From Gemmatimonadaceae bacterium (lineage in GTDB: Bacteria > Gemmatimonadota > Gemmatimonadetes > Gemmatimonadales > Gemmatimonadaceae), in assembly GCA_051859245.1 (NCBI GenBank), contig JBHYGA010000004.1, forward strand, positions 352,001 to 416,000: a stretch of DNA of 64,000 nt, read 5' to 3'. Below are positions 10,063 through 21,463 of this stretch, in pieces. The notes below the pieces were generated by a model. The model worked only from the letters and a program-made list of their open reading frames with translations. It did not search any database and was not told the origin of the DNA. Position 1 is the first letter of the stretch. Every line of letters starts with the position of its first letter. Made by a program: the position numbers and the translations under genes.

Positions 10063-10217
10063 GCTCGCAATGTAGAGCGCGAAATCGCAGAATGGGTGCA
10101 AAGCGGGCGCATTGGTCACATCTTTCTGTGCACGAGCGCCGTGTGCTCACAGATTCGATGTGATCTCCGCCCAAGCGGGCGACTCCGGGATCAATCTCTC
10201 CCCAGACTGAGTTGCTG

Positions 10218-10868
10218 ATGGCATCGTTTGCGATACGCATGATTTTCGCGCTCACCACCGTCGCGAGCGTCGGTTGCATGTCAACATCAGGTGGCTCGCG
10301 TGCCGTCACACCAGCCATGCCGGTGGTGACCGTAGAGCCGGCGACAAGTGACGTGGCATTGGTGAATCCCGCCGGTGTTCCGCCCGTGAGTGGATCGCTG
10401 CGCACATTACACGCACTGCAATACATGGACGTACGTGTGGGAAGCGGTGCACCACTCACGTCACGTCAGTGCATTTACGCGCACTACACCGGATGGCTTG
10501 CAAACGGCACAAAGTTCGATTCATCACGTGACACGGCGCCCAATGGAGAGCCGCGATCTCCAATTGCGTTTCCACAGGGTGCGCGCCGTGTGATCGCGGG
10601 ATGGGACGCCGGCTTCGAAGGCATGCAGGTGGGCGGGGCGCGTCGTCTGGTCATTCCCTTCCCCATGGGATACGGTGAAGCCGGCAGCCCGCCCACCATT
10701 CCGCCACGCTCCACACTCGTGTTCGATATCGAGCTGCTCGCGGCGCGCGACACACTACCCCGCGGCGCCGATGAAGCACCGCGCAACGCACCGCCGCTCT
10801 GCGCTCCCTGGAGCGACGTAGCGCCCACACTCGCGCCGCCGGCTGGCGGTGTGCCTCTTCTCAACTGA
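10218..10868 (+). CDS. FKBP-type peptidyl-prolyl isomerase, probable lipoprotein
   Basis: HYTGWLANGTKFDSS, VIAGWDAG, IPPRSTLVFDIELL; lipobox-like SVGC. Confidence 0.93.
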   Translation: MASFAIRMIFALTTVASVGCMSTSGGSRAVTPAMPVVTVEPATSDVALVNPAGVPPVSGSLRTLHALQYMDVRVGSGAPLTSRQCIYAHYTGWLANGTKFDSSRDTAPNGEPRSPIAFPQGARRVIAGWDAGFEGMQVGGARRLVIPFPMGYGEAGSPPTIPPRSTLVFDIELLAARDTLPRGADEAPRNAPPLCAPWSDVAPTLAPPAGGVPLLN

Positions 10869-10875
10869 GCTCTGT

Positions 10876-12273
10876 ATGCACATTGAATTCTCTGGCGCGG
10901 CGCGCGAGGTCACGGGCTCATGCCACATTCTGCACGCCAACGGACACCGCATTCTGCTTGACTGCGGGCTCTTTCAGGGACGCCGCGCCGAATCGCGGGC
11001 GAAGAACGAACGTCTGCCACTTCCCACGAGTGACATCAGTGCCGTGCTGCTCTCGCACGCGCACATTGATCACGCGGGACGTTTGCCGTTTCTCGTGAAG
11101 CATGGCTACACGGGCAGCATCTGGACCACGAGCGCCACGCGTGATCTGTGCGCCGTGATGCTCGCAGACTCCGCCAACATTCAACAGCGCGACGTAGAGT
11201 TCCTGGCTCGGCACGGCCGCGACTACGTGGAGCCGTTGTACAGTTTGAACGACGCGGTGCAAGCCGTGGATCAGATGATTGGTGTGCCATACGATCGCTG
11301 GCTCGACATTGTACCGGGCGTGCGCGCCATGTACACCGACGCCGGACATATCCTGGGCTCGGCGAGCATCGTGGTGGAAGTGAAAGAGGGTTCGCATACG
11401 CACCGTGTGGTGTTTTCCGGTGACATCGGACGCGATGATCAACCGATTATTCGCGATCCGGCGCCGCCGACAGGTGGCGCGGACACCGTGATCATTGAGT
11501 CCACCTACGGCAATCGTGATCACGAAAGCGTGGCCGGAGCGCGTGCACATCTCGCTCGCGTTGTGCGCGAGACGGCGAAGCGTGGCGGACGCGTGTTGAT
11601 TCCGGCCTTTGCGCTCGGACGCACACAAGAGCTGGTGTACGATCTGCACGAACTCTGGCGCGCTGGTGAGATTCCCGAGGTGCCGATTTTTATTGACTCA
11701 CCGCTCGCGCTCGATGCCACGACGGTGTTCAAAATGCACCACAATATTTTTGATCGCACCGAGACGCTCATTCAGGAAGCAGAAGAACCGCTGGCGTTCC
11801 CGCTGGTGAAGTTCACGCGCAACGTGGAAGAGTCCAAACAACTCAACATGCGTCAGGGTCCGGTGGTGATCATCGCTGCCAGTGGCATGGCCGAATCCGG
11901 TCGCATTCTGCATCACCTGTTGCACGGCGCGAGTGATCCGCGCAACACGATTCTGATTGTGGGCTTCGCGGCCGAACACACGCTGGCGCGCCGGATTATC
12001 GAACGGCAACCCATACTGCGTGTGTTTGGCAACGAAATTCCGCTGGCCGCGCAGGTCGAAGTGCTGAATGGCTACTCGGCGCACGGCGATCGCACAGAGC
12101 TCAAAGCCTGGCTCGACGAAGTAAGGGCCGGCGGGATCAAAGCGCGGCGCGAGATTCAACACGTGCACCTGGTGCACGGTGAGTCGGAGTCGCAGGATGC
12201 GTTTGCAACGCAGCTGCGGGCCGACGGCTACAACGTGGACGCGCCGGCATCGGGAGACACCCGACCGGTCTGA
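10876..12273 (+). CDS. MBL-fold/beta-CASP ribonuclease
   Basis: GAAREVTGSC, SHAHIDHAG, AGHILGS, ESTYG, YSAHGD, VHGE. Confidence 0.93.
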   Translation: MHIEFSGAAREVTGSCHILHANGHRILLDCGLFQGRRAESRAKNERLPLPTSDISAVLLSHAHIDHAGRLPFLVKHGYTGSIWTTSATRDLCAVMLADSANIQQRDVEFLARHGRDYVEPLYSLNDAVQAVDQMIGVPYDRWLDIVPGVRAMYTDAGHILGSASIVVEVKEGSHTHRVVFSGDIGRDDQPIIRDPAPPTGGADTVIIESTYGNRDHESVAGARAHLARVVRETAKRGGRVLIPAFALGRTQELVYDLHELWRAGEIPEVPIFIDSPLALDATTVFKMHHNIFDRTETLIQEAEEPLAFPLVKFTRNVEESKQLNMRQGPVVIIAASGMAESGRILHHLLHGASDPRNTILIVGFAAEHTLARRIIERQPILRVFGNEIPLAAQVEVLNGYSAHGDRTELKAWLDEVRAGGIKARREIQHVHLVHGESESQDAFATQLRADGYNVDAPASGDTRPV

Positions 12274-12342
12274 TGTGCCACAGCCGGCCCGCCGGCCATC
12301 AGCGAGCGTGGCTGGCGCGGTGGTGCTGACTAGCTTTGAGGT

Positions 12343-12975
12343 ATGATTCGCCGCGCGCGCCGTTTGATTTCGGGGTTCCTGGCCTTCGCGATTGTGGGCT
12401 GGGTTCTCACGATCGCGCTGGTGTGGTGGTCGTCGCGTCGTGATGACGCGGCGTCCGCCACGGGTCGTGTCGCCGACGCCATCGTGGTACTCGGCGCGGC
12501 GCAGTACGCGGGGCGTCCCTCACCCGTGCTGCAAGCGCGTCTCGATCACGCGCACACGCTGTACAATCGCAACCTCGCACCGCATGTGATTCTGACCGGT
12601 GGTCGTGGAGACGGCGATACACAGAGTGAGGCGGGGGCCGGTCGCCGTTACCTCGTCAAGCACGGTGTGCCCGACTCCGTGATTCTGTACGAAGACGAAG
12701 GCCGCACGACCTTCACGTCCATGCACAACGCTGCAGAACGGGTGCGGGCGGTGAACGGGCACACGGTGTTACTGGTCAGTGACCCGTTCCACATGCTGCG
12801 CTTGTCATTGCTTGCACGCTTGCACGGACTGGCTCCACTCGCGTCACCAACACTCACCAGTCCGATTTCGGCAAATCCACTGCTGGAGTTTGAATACGCG
12901 GTGCGCGAATCACTCGCTGTGCCGGCCGATGTCGCGCAGTTCGTGCTCGAGAAACTGCGCAAGTCACGCGACTGA
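12343..12975 (+). CDS. YdcF/DUF218 family protein
   Basis: DAIVVLGA, PSPVLQARLD, LTGG, VSDPFHMLR; N-terminal TM helix. Confidence 0.9.
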   Translation: MIRRARRLISGFLAFAIVGWVLTIALVWWSSRRDDAASATGRVADAIVVLGAAQYAGRPSPVLQARLDHAHTLYNRNLAPHVILTGGRGDGDTQSEAGAGRRYLVKHGVPDSVILYEDEGRTTFTSMHNAAERVRAVNGHTVLLVSDPFHMLRLSLLARLHGLAPLASPTLTSPISANPLLEFEYAVRESLAVPADVAQFVLEKLRKSRD

Positions 12976-13026
12976 CATGCGCAGTTTGTCGCCGCGAATG
13001 CTGCTGACAAACGCTTGCGACGATTG

Positions 13027-14916
13027 TTAGCGACCGCCGCCGCGTCCACCACCACGCGTCACGCGCCAGTCGCTATCGCGCACGAGCGTTTTCCGTCCCT
13101 GTCGATCAACGCTCCAGATCGGCGACGGCCATTCGTCATTGCCGTAGCTCACCACATTCGCGCCGGGCATGACCATCGCGCCAAACGCGGCCGTGCCAAA
13201 CGCTGGCACTGTAAACGTTTCGGCGTTGTCGAGCCGCACCTGATATCCAAGATCGGCCAGCGCACCAACCGACAGTCGGCTGAGCGGCATCCCACCGGGC
13301 TGTGCAAAACCCACCATCAGTTCGCGTCGCAACACATTGATGCGCCAATGTGAATCACGCGTACCTTGCCCACCCGTGTTCTCGAGTGGAACGGGCGTGC
13401 CCGTGTAGGTACCGCCACCGATCGCGGCGAACGCGGCACGTCCTTCGGCACCTTGAAAAATCGGATCCGCACTGCCGAGTCCGTTGATCAATCCACGACG
13501 ATTCCAGTTGAAGCTCTGCAGGCCGAGTACGTGTCCGAACTCGTGTGTCATCACATCGTCGAGCGTGCCGTTGTTGTTGAGATTCGTGAGGTCTGCGGTA
13601 TCGAGCTCCACGAATCCAACCACCGGAAGTCCGCCATCAGTGCGCACAAAGCATGGACCAGCGCGACCGAGGATTGCACCTGGTCCGTCAATGCTGTCAA
13701 AGTTCACGTACATGCGAACATTCGAAATCACATCGTCAATCTGAGGCACGCCCGGTCCGCACGCGTTCGCGCCGGCCACGACACGCGCCGGCGTGAGTTC
13801 GCCTGCAATCACATTGCGCCACCGCGCAATGGCGCGTTCCACGGACAACAAGTTGCGTGACGACGGCTCGCCATTGATGAATCGCACGTCAATGAAGAAC
13901 ACGCTCGGCACCGCGTTCGCCCGAAATACAAAGGAGTCCGATGGAAACTGCGGCGAGCGTGCAACCAGCGTTTGCTGTTCGGCGCTGCCCAGCACCCAGG
14001 TGCCAACCCGGGCAATGCCTTCGGGCGAGTTGGTGGCGCGTGTGCTGCCGGTTACCGAACCGGAAGCGGGTCCTGGCTGGAACGTCACAGTTACGCCGCC
14101 GGCTGGATTGCCGTACTGATCGCGCGCGCGCACTGTGGGGCGCACGCTCACACCAATACCAGGCACACCATCTTGAACGAGCGGTGACGCGGGTTCGAGC
14201 AGCACGGCCGTTTCCGCCTGTGCAAGCGCGCGAAACTGAACCGGTGTTGCGATGCCGGGTGTTTGCGCGGTCACGATTTGTGGTACGTCGGTGCGCGTGC
14301 CAATGCGCCAGCCTTCGAGTGAAGCGACGCCACTCGCGTCGGTCACGCGTTGCGGGCTGCCAATGATCTCGCCGTTGCCACCGAGCACTGTGAACGTGAC
14401 GGTGGCGTTGGGAATGAGATTGTCGAATGCGTCAATAACAGTGACCGCCGGTGGCTCGGGCACGAGCGTGTTCACCACGGCCGCTTGTGCTTCGGGCGCG
14501 CGTCGCGCCATCACGAACGGCGGCCCCGGGCTTACGGCTGCGGTAAACGCGATCGGTGCGAGTCCTTCGACGGTTGCGGTCAGCATTTGCGATCCGGTGC
14601 GCGTGCCAAGTTGCCAGCCGCCGGCCGATGCGATGCCTGATCCATCTGTTCGAATGGTGTCATTGAACGACCGTCCGCCGCCGGCGGTGACTTGCCAGCG
14701 CACGAGCACACCGCCAAGTCCGCGGCCGCGCTGGTCAGACACGATGACCGCCGGAGCGGGCGCAGCAATCGTGGCGTTGACGGCCGCCGTAAACGTGACG
14801 GGCCCATCGCTGGTGAGTGTTGACGCGACGCGCGGCTCGCTGTCGCACGCGCTCAGCAGCGTCATCAACACGACAGCACCAAACACTTGCGCGGAAAGAA
14901 AAGGTCGGGAAAGCAT
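13027..14916 (-). CDS. Lipoprotein with Ig-like repeats and a leishmanolysin-like (M8) zinc metallopeptidase domain
   Basis: Lipobox LSAC; repeated TDxSGxASxxxWxLG units; THEFGHVLG...SHWR...ELM. Confidence 0.8.
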   Translation of the reverse strand: MLSRPFLSAQVFGAVVLMTLLSACDSEPRVASTLTSDGPVTFTAAVNATIAAPAPAVIVSDQRGRGLGGVLVRWQVTAGGGRSFNDTIRTDGSGIASAGGWQLGTRTGSQMLTATVEGLAPIAFTAAVSPGPPFVMARRAPEAQAAVVNTLVPEPPAVTVIDAFDNLIPNATVTFTVLGGNGEIIGSPQRVTDASGVASLEGWRIGTRTDVPQIVTAQTPGIATPVQFRALAQAETAVLLEPASPLVQDGVPGIGVSVRPTVRARDQYGNPAGGVTVTFQPGPASGSVTGSTRATNSPEGIARVGTWVLGSAEQQTLVARSPQFPSDSFVFRANAVPSVFFIDVRFINGEPSSRNLLSVERAIARWRNVIAGELTPARVVAGANACGPGVPQIDDVISNVRMYVNFDSIDGPGAILGRAGPCFVRTDGGLPVVGFVELDTADLTNLNNNGTLDDVMTHEFGHVLGLQSFNWNRRGLINGLGSADPIFQGAEGRAAFAAIGGGTYTGTPVPLENTGGQGTRDSHWRINVLRRELMVGFAQPGGMPLSRLSVGALADLGYQVRLDNAETFTVPAFGTAAFGAMVMPGANVVSYGNDEWPSPIWSVDRQGRKTLVRDSDWRVTRGGGRGGGR

Positions 14917-15004
14917 CGAGGGTTCGCGAAGTTCAGGCGGTTTGTTGCGACGAATTGCGGCGCGCGGGGTTCCGACGCACGTGACACGTACGCCAATTTA
15001 GGAG

Positions 15005-16293
15005 ATGCAGATCCCCGTCGAGAGCTATCGCCTCCCGAACGGTCTCCATGTGGTGCTCTCTGAAGATCACACGGCGCCGATCGTCGCAGTCAATTTGTGG
15101 TACCACGTGGGTTCGGCCAACGAACGCGCGGGGCGTACCGGTTTTGCCCACCTGTTCGAACACATGCTGTTCCAGGGCTCCGAGAACGTTGGCGCCAACG
15201 AACACTTTGAGTTTGTGCAGCGCGCTGGTGGTACCCTGAATGGGTCCACTTGGCTCGATCGAACGAACTACTACGAAACATTACCCTCCAACCAGCTCGC
15301 CCTGGCGCTCTGGCTGGAGGCCGACCGCATGGCGCGTCTCCTACCGGCCATGACGCAGCCAAAACTCGACACGCAACGCGACGTGGTAAAGAATGAGCGT
15401 CGCTGGAGCGTGGACAACCAGCCCTACGGCACGTGGTGGGAGAAGCTGCCGGCGCTCTGTTTTCCGCCGGAGCATCCGTTCCACCACTCGCTGATCGGGA
15501 GCATGGACGACCTCGACGCGGCCTCACTGGAGGATATCGCCGAGTTCTTCCGCACGTACTACACGCCAGACAACGCCGTGTTGACCATTGCCGGCGATTT
15601 TTCTGGTGCTGAGGCCCGGGCGCTGGTGGACACGTACTTTGGTTCGGTACCGAAGGGTGGGGAGCGGCCACCGCTTCCCGATATGTCGGTGCCGTTTACC
15701 TACGGCGGGGCCAAGCGCGAAGTCGTGCCTGACGCGTGTGCGTTGCCGCGTGTGTTCGTGGCCTCGCGCATGCCGGTGCTCGGTACGGATGAGTATTACG
15801 CGGCCAGTGTGTGTGCGGCGATTCTTGGGCTGCGAACGGGGAGCCGGTTTGAGAAGTCGCTGGTGCGCAAGCAGCGCATTGCGTCGTCGGCTTCGTGTTT
15901 CACGTTCGATTTGGCCAAAGGCGCGGATCTGTTTGTGGCCGACGTCACCGCGTTACCAGACATTACGCCGGAACAGTTGGAAGCCGCGGTGCATGCGGAA
16001 CTTGATCTCATGCACGAGCACGGTGTGGTCGAGTCGGAAGTGGCGCGCGCGATCGCGCTGACAGAAACGCACTTCGTGACAAGTTTGCAGTCGGCGGCTG
16101 AACGGGCCGATCAGCTGTCGCGCTTTGCCACGTACTTTGGTGATGCCGCGCTTGTGAACGAACAACCGAACCGATTCCGTGCGGTCACGGCGGCGCATGT
16201 GACCGCGTTTGCACGTCAGTACCTCGGCGCTGACAATCGTGCCACGTTGTTGTATGTGCCTATCGAAGAAGAGACCGAGACTGAGGCCGCCGC

Positions 16294-16297
<4 letters not shown>
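15005..16297 (+). CDS. M16 (pitrilysin-family) zinc peptidase, catalytic subunit
   Basis: GFAHLFEHMLF (HxxEH), NGST..DRTNYY, YYTPDNAVL. Confidence 0.95.
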
Positions 16298-18712
<2,415 letters not shown>

Positions 18713-18764
18713 CCTCGTGCGTGCGCCCGAGACTCTGCCTGAATAGAGACTCGCAGACCAACCC

Positions 18765-19675
18765 GTGCGTGTTCTCACTGGCGCCAGTACCGGAGACTCC
18801 ACGGCGCTTGCCCTCATCGGCCCTGTCCGCTGGCTCAGCGATGGCAACCTCGTTGCTGCTGATCTCGGCGCCACCCGCCTCGCTGTGATTGACGCCGACG
18901 GTCGGTATCTCCGTGCCTTGGGACGCGACGGCGCGGGGCTTGGAGAGATGCGAAGCATCGTGTCCGTGTCATCGATGTCGGGCGATACCATCGCGACGTA
19001 CGATGCATCGCTTCGTCGGCTTTCGTTCTGGCACGTCAACGCTGGCTTTGTGAGACAGGTCGGACCGCTCGATGGTGGCTCGCTTGAGGCCTGGCCCGCA
19101 GACGCGTGGCCATGGCAGGATTCGCTGCTGGTTGTTTTGCAGCTCGCAACGACACCAAGGCCTACGCTCACCACTGGTGAAGTGGTTCGTCGTTGGCCGA
19201 TGCAGGCACAGCTGACACTGCGTGACCGTAGCGGTCGCATCCTGCACACGTCTTCCCCATTCAACGGGATGTATACCGGTGCGGACGCGACTGGCGACGC
19301 TCGACTTCCGTTCTCGAATCAACCGTTCGTTGCACTGGCCTCCGATCGCATCTACTGGAGCGTGCTCAACGCGCGTTCGACAAAAGCTTTCGACCCGAGA
19401 TCTTGCCCGTTGATCGGCCGGCGATTGGACGTGTACTTGTTGATTCCGAACAGCTCGTGTGGGTAGAGCAATTCGAAGCGACACGTCTTGGGTTTGAGTT
19501 TCAGCTGTCCGGTGCGTACTGGTCCATCGTGAAGCCTGATGGATCTGCGATCGCGAGAGTAGTCTTGCCTGAGCACACGCGCCTGGAAGCAGTGCTCGGC
19601 CGTCGTGTAGCAGTTGTGGAGCGTGATACGATGGATGTGCAGCGCATCGCCATCTACGAGCTCCGGCAGCAGTGA
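18765..19675 (+). pseudogene. Split/truncated 6-bladed beta-propeller protein
   Basis: N-half (LGRDGAGLGE) in ORF 18765-19466 and typical C-end (RPAIGRVLVDSEQLVWVE...DTMDVQRIAIYEL) in another frame, 19403-19675; no signal peptide seen. Confidence 0.55.
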
Positions 19676-19750
19676 GGCTCTGCGGTTGCGCGTGTGACCC
19701 ACCTCGCCAGGCGCCTAGTCCATCCGAGCCCTTTACGGGTATGCAGGTTG

Positions 19751-20230
19751 ATGCGAACTCTCGTTGCCCTCCTCGCTTGCACCATGGCGCTGGCCTGCGG
19801 CGAAACGCCAGCAGAAACGTCTCCCTCAAACAGGGAGCTCCCGCTTGCCGAGGAACCGCTGCGTGAAGGAACAAGCGCGTTGCGCGTGGGGCGCATCTAT
19901 TTGAGCGAGTACGATAGTGCGATTGTCGAAACCCCATCAGCTGCGCGCCGAGGTGAGCCCGTCAACGTCTCCGTCACTACCTACGGCGGCGGTTGTGTGA
20001 GCGCCGATACAACGGTCGCCACCGTGTCAGGTTTGCGTGCTGTTGTTGTGCCGTATCAGCGCCAGTACCAACCACCAGCGAGCGGCGCGTGCACGTTGGC
20101 GTTGCGAATCGAACGCCGCACCGTGCCTCTTATCTTTGCGACCTCAGGCATCGCCGTGGTACGCGTAGTCGGTCGCAGCTCGCGAGATGACGAGCTGATC
20201 GCTGTGGAGCGTCGATTGACGGTGCAGTAA
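19751..20230 (+). CDS. Hypothetical lipoprotein, paralog A
   Basis: Lipobox ALAC; TTYGGGC...GACT; colinear with 20818-21297. Confidence 0.8.
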   Translation: MRTLVALLACTMALACGETPAETSPSNRELPLAEEPLREGTSALRVGRIYLSEYDSAIVETPSAARRGEPVNVSVTTYGGGCVSADTTVATVSGLRAVVVPYQRQYQPPASGACTLALRIERRTVPLIFATSGIAVVRVVGRSSRDDELIAVERRLTVQ

Positions 20231-20273
20231 GCGCCCGCTTGCCGAGTGCAATGCAGCTGTTGAACCAATCCTG

Positions 20274-20693
20274 ATGAAATCAGAACCAGAGCTCAGCATC
20301 TCGCCGCGCACAAAACCGATGACACGGCTCGGAGCGACGGCGCTTCTCGCCGGCATTGGTAGTGTGGTCGGTTTCGCACTTGGTACAGCCTTGTTAGTCG
20401 CAATTGAGGTAGTCGACAGTGGCGCTTTTGTTTGGCGTACGGCCATTCCATTCGGCGTGCTGTTTGGCGGAACAGTGGGCGCCGCAGTGGGAGCGGTCGG
20501 CGCGCCTGCGATAACGTGGCTCCTGCTTCGCCATGTGCCACTCCATCGCGCCATCATGTTTTGCGCGCTTGGCACAGTCGTAGGGGAAGCGATCGGAGTG
20601 GTGGTGCTTCGTCAAATCGTTATCGGCGGTTGCGTGGGCTTTGTGATCGCGGCGATCGCGATGCGCATCGCCTATCGCACGCACACTGAATGA
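20274..20693 (+). CDS. Gly-rich small membrane protein
   Basis: About four hydrophobic segments with GxxxG motifs. Confidence 0.65.
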   Translation: MKSEPELSISPRTKPMTRLGATALLAGIGSVVGFALGTALLVAIEVVDSGAFVWRTAIPFGVLFGGTVGAAVGAVGAPAITWLLLRHVPLHRAIMFCALGTVVGEAIGVVVLRQIVIGGCVGFVIAAIAMRIAYRTHTE

Positions 20694-20817
20694 CGAGGTA
20701 GCACCCACATCGCGTTTTGTGTTGCGCGCATGACGATTCGCACAGTTAGTGCTGCAATGAACGCGCTGTGCGAACCGAGGTGGTCAATCCCCTCCCCGCG
20801 CGGGTATGCAAGTATAC

Positions 20818-21297
20818 ATGCGAACTATTTCCGCACTTCTCGTCTGCCTCGCGGCGCTGGCGTGTGGCACCGCCCCAACGGAAAGCCCCGTCTCAACATC
20901 TGAACTGCCGCTCGCCGAAGAGCCGCTGCGCGCAGGGGCAACTGCGCTCCGCGTGGGTCGCATTCAGATGTCAGGATCTGATACCGCCGTCATCCAGCTT
21001 CCCTCGACCGTGCGCCGCAACGAGCCGGTAGACGTCTACGTCACCACGTACGGCGGCGGCTGTATTGGCCCCGATACGACCGTTGCGAACGTTTCCGGTT
21101 TACGCGCGACGATTGTGCCGTATCAGCGCGAGTACCGGCCGCTGCCAACCGGAGCGTGCACGATGGAGCTGCGAGTGGAACGTCGTGCGGTGCGTCTGGT
21201 GTTTGCGACCGCCGGTATTGCCGTGGTTCGCGTGGTCGGTCGCGTGACGCCCGATGACAGCCTCGTTGCCGTCGAGCGTCGACTCACGGTGCAGTAG
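20818..21297 (+). CDS. Hypothetical lipoprotein, paralog B
   Basis: Lipobox ALAC; same length (480 nt) and motifs as paralog A. Confidence 0.8.
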   Translation: MRTISALLVCLAALACGTAPTESPVSTSELPLAEEPLRAGATALRVGRIQMSGSDTAVIQLPSTVRRNEPVDVYVTTYGGGCIGPDTTVANVSGLRATIVPYQREYRPLPTGACTMELRVERRAVRLVFATAGIAVVRVVGRVTPDDSLVAVERRLTVQ

Positions 21298-21463
21298 TCG
21301 CCTTTTGAGCTGACTCCACAAACGCCAAGTCCGTCCACACGGCCGCCCAACATCGGTGCCGCGCCGCGCGACGATCTCGACAACAAGGCAGACGCGTCGC
21401 ACTTTCGGACTGATCGCCGATTGACCGTGGTCGGCACTCCATCACGTCCACCCAGTGCGCAGC

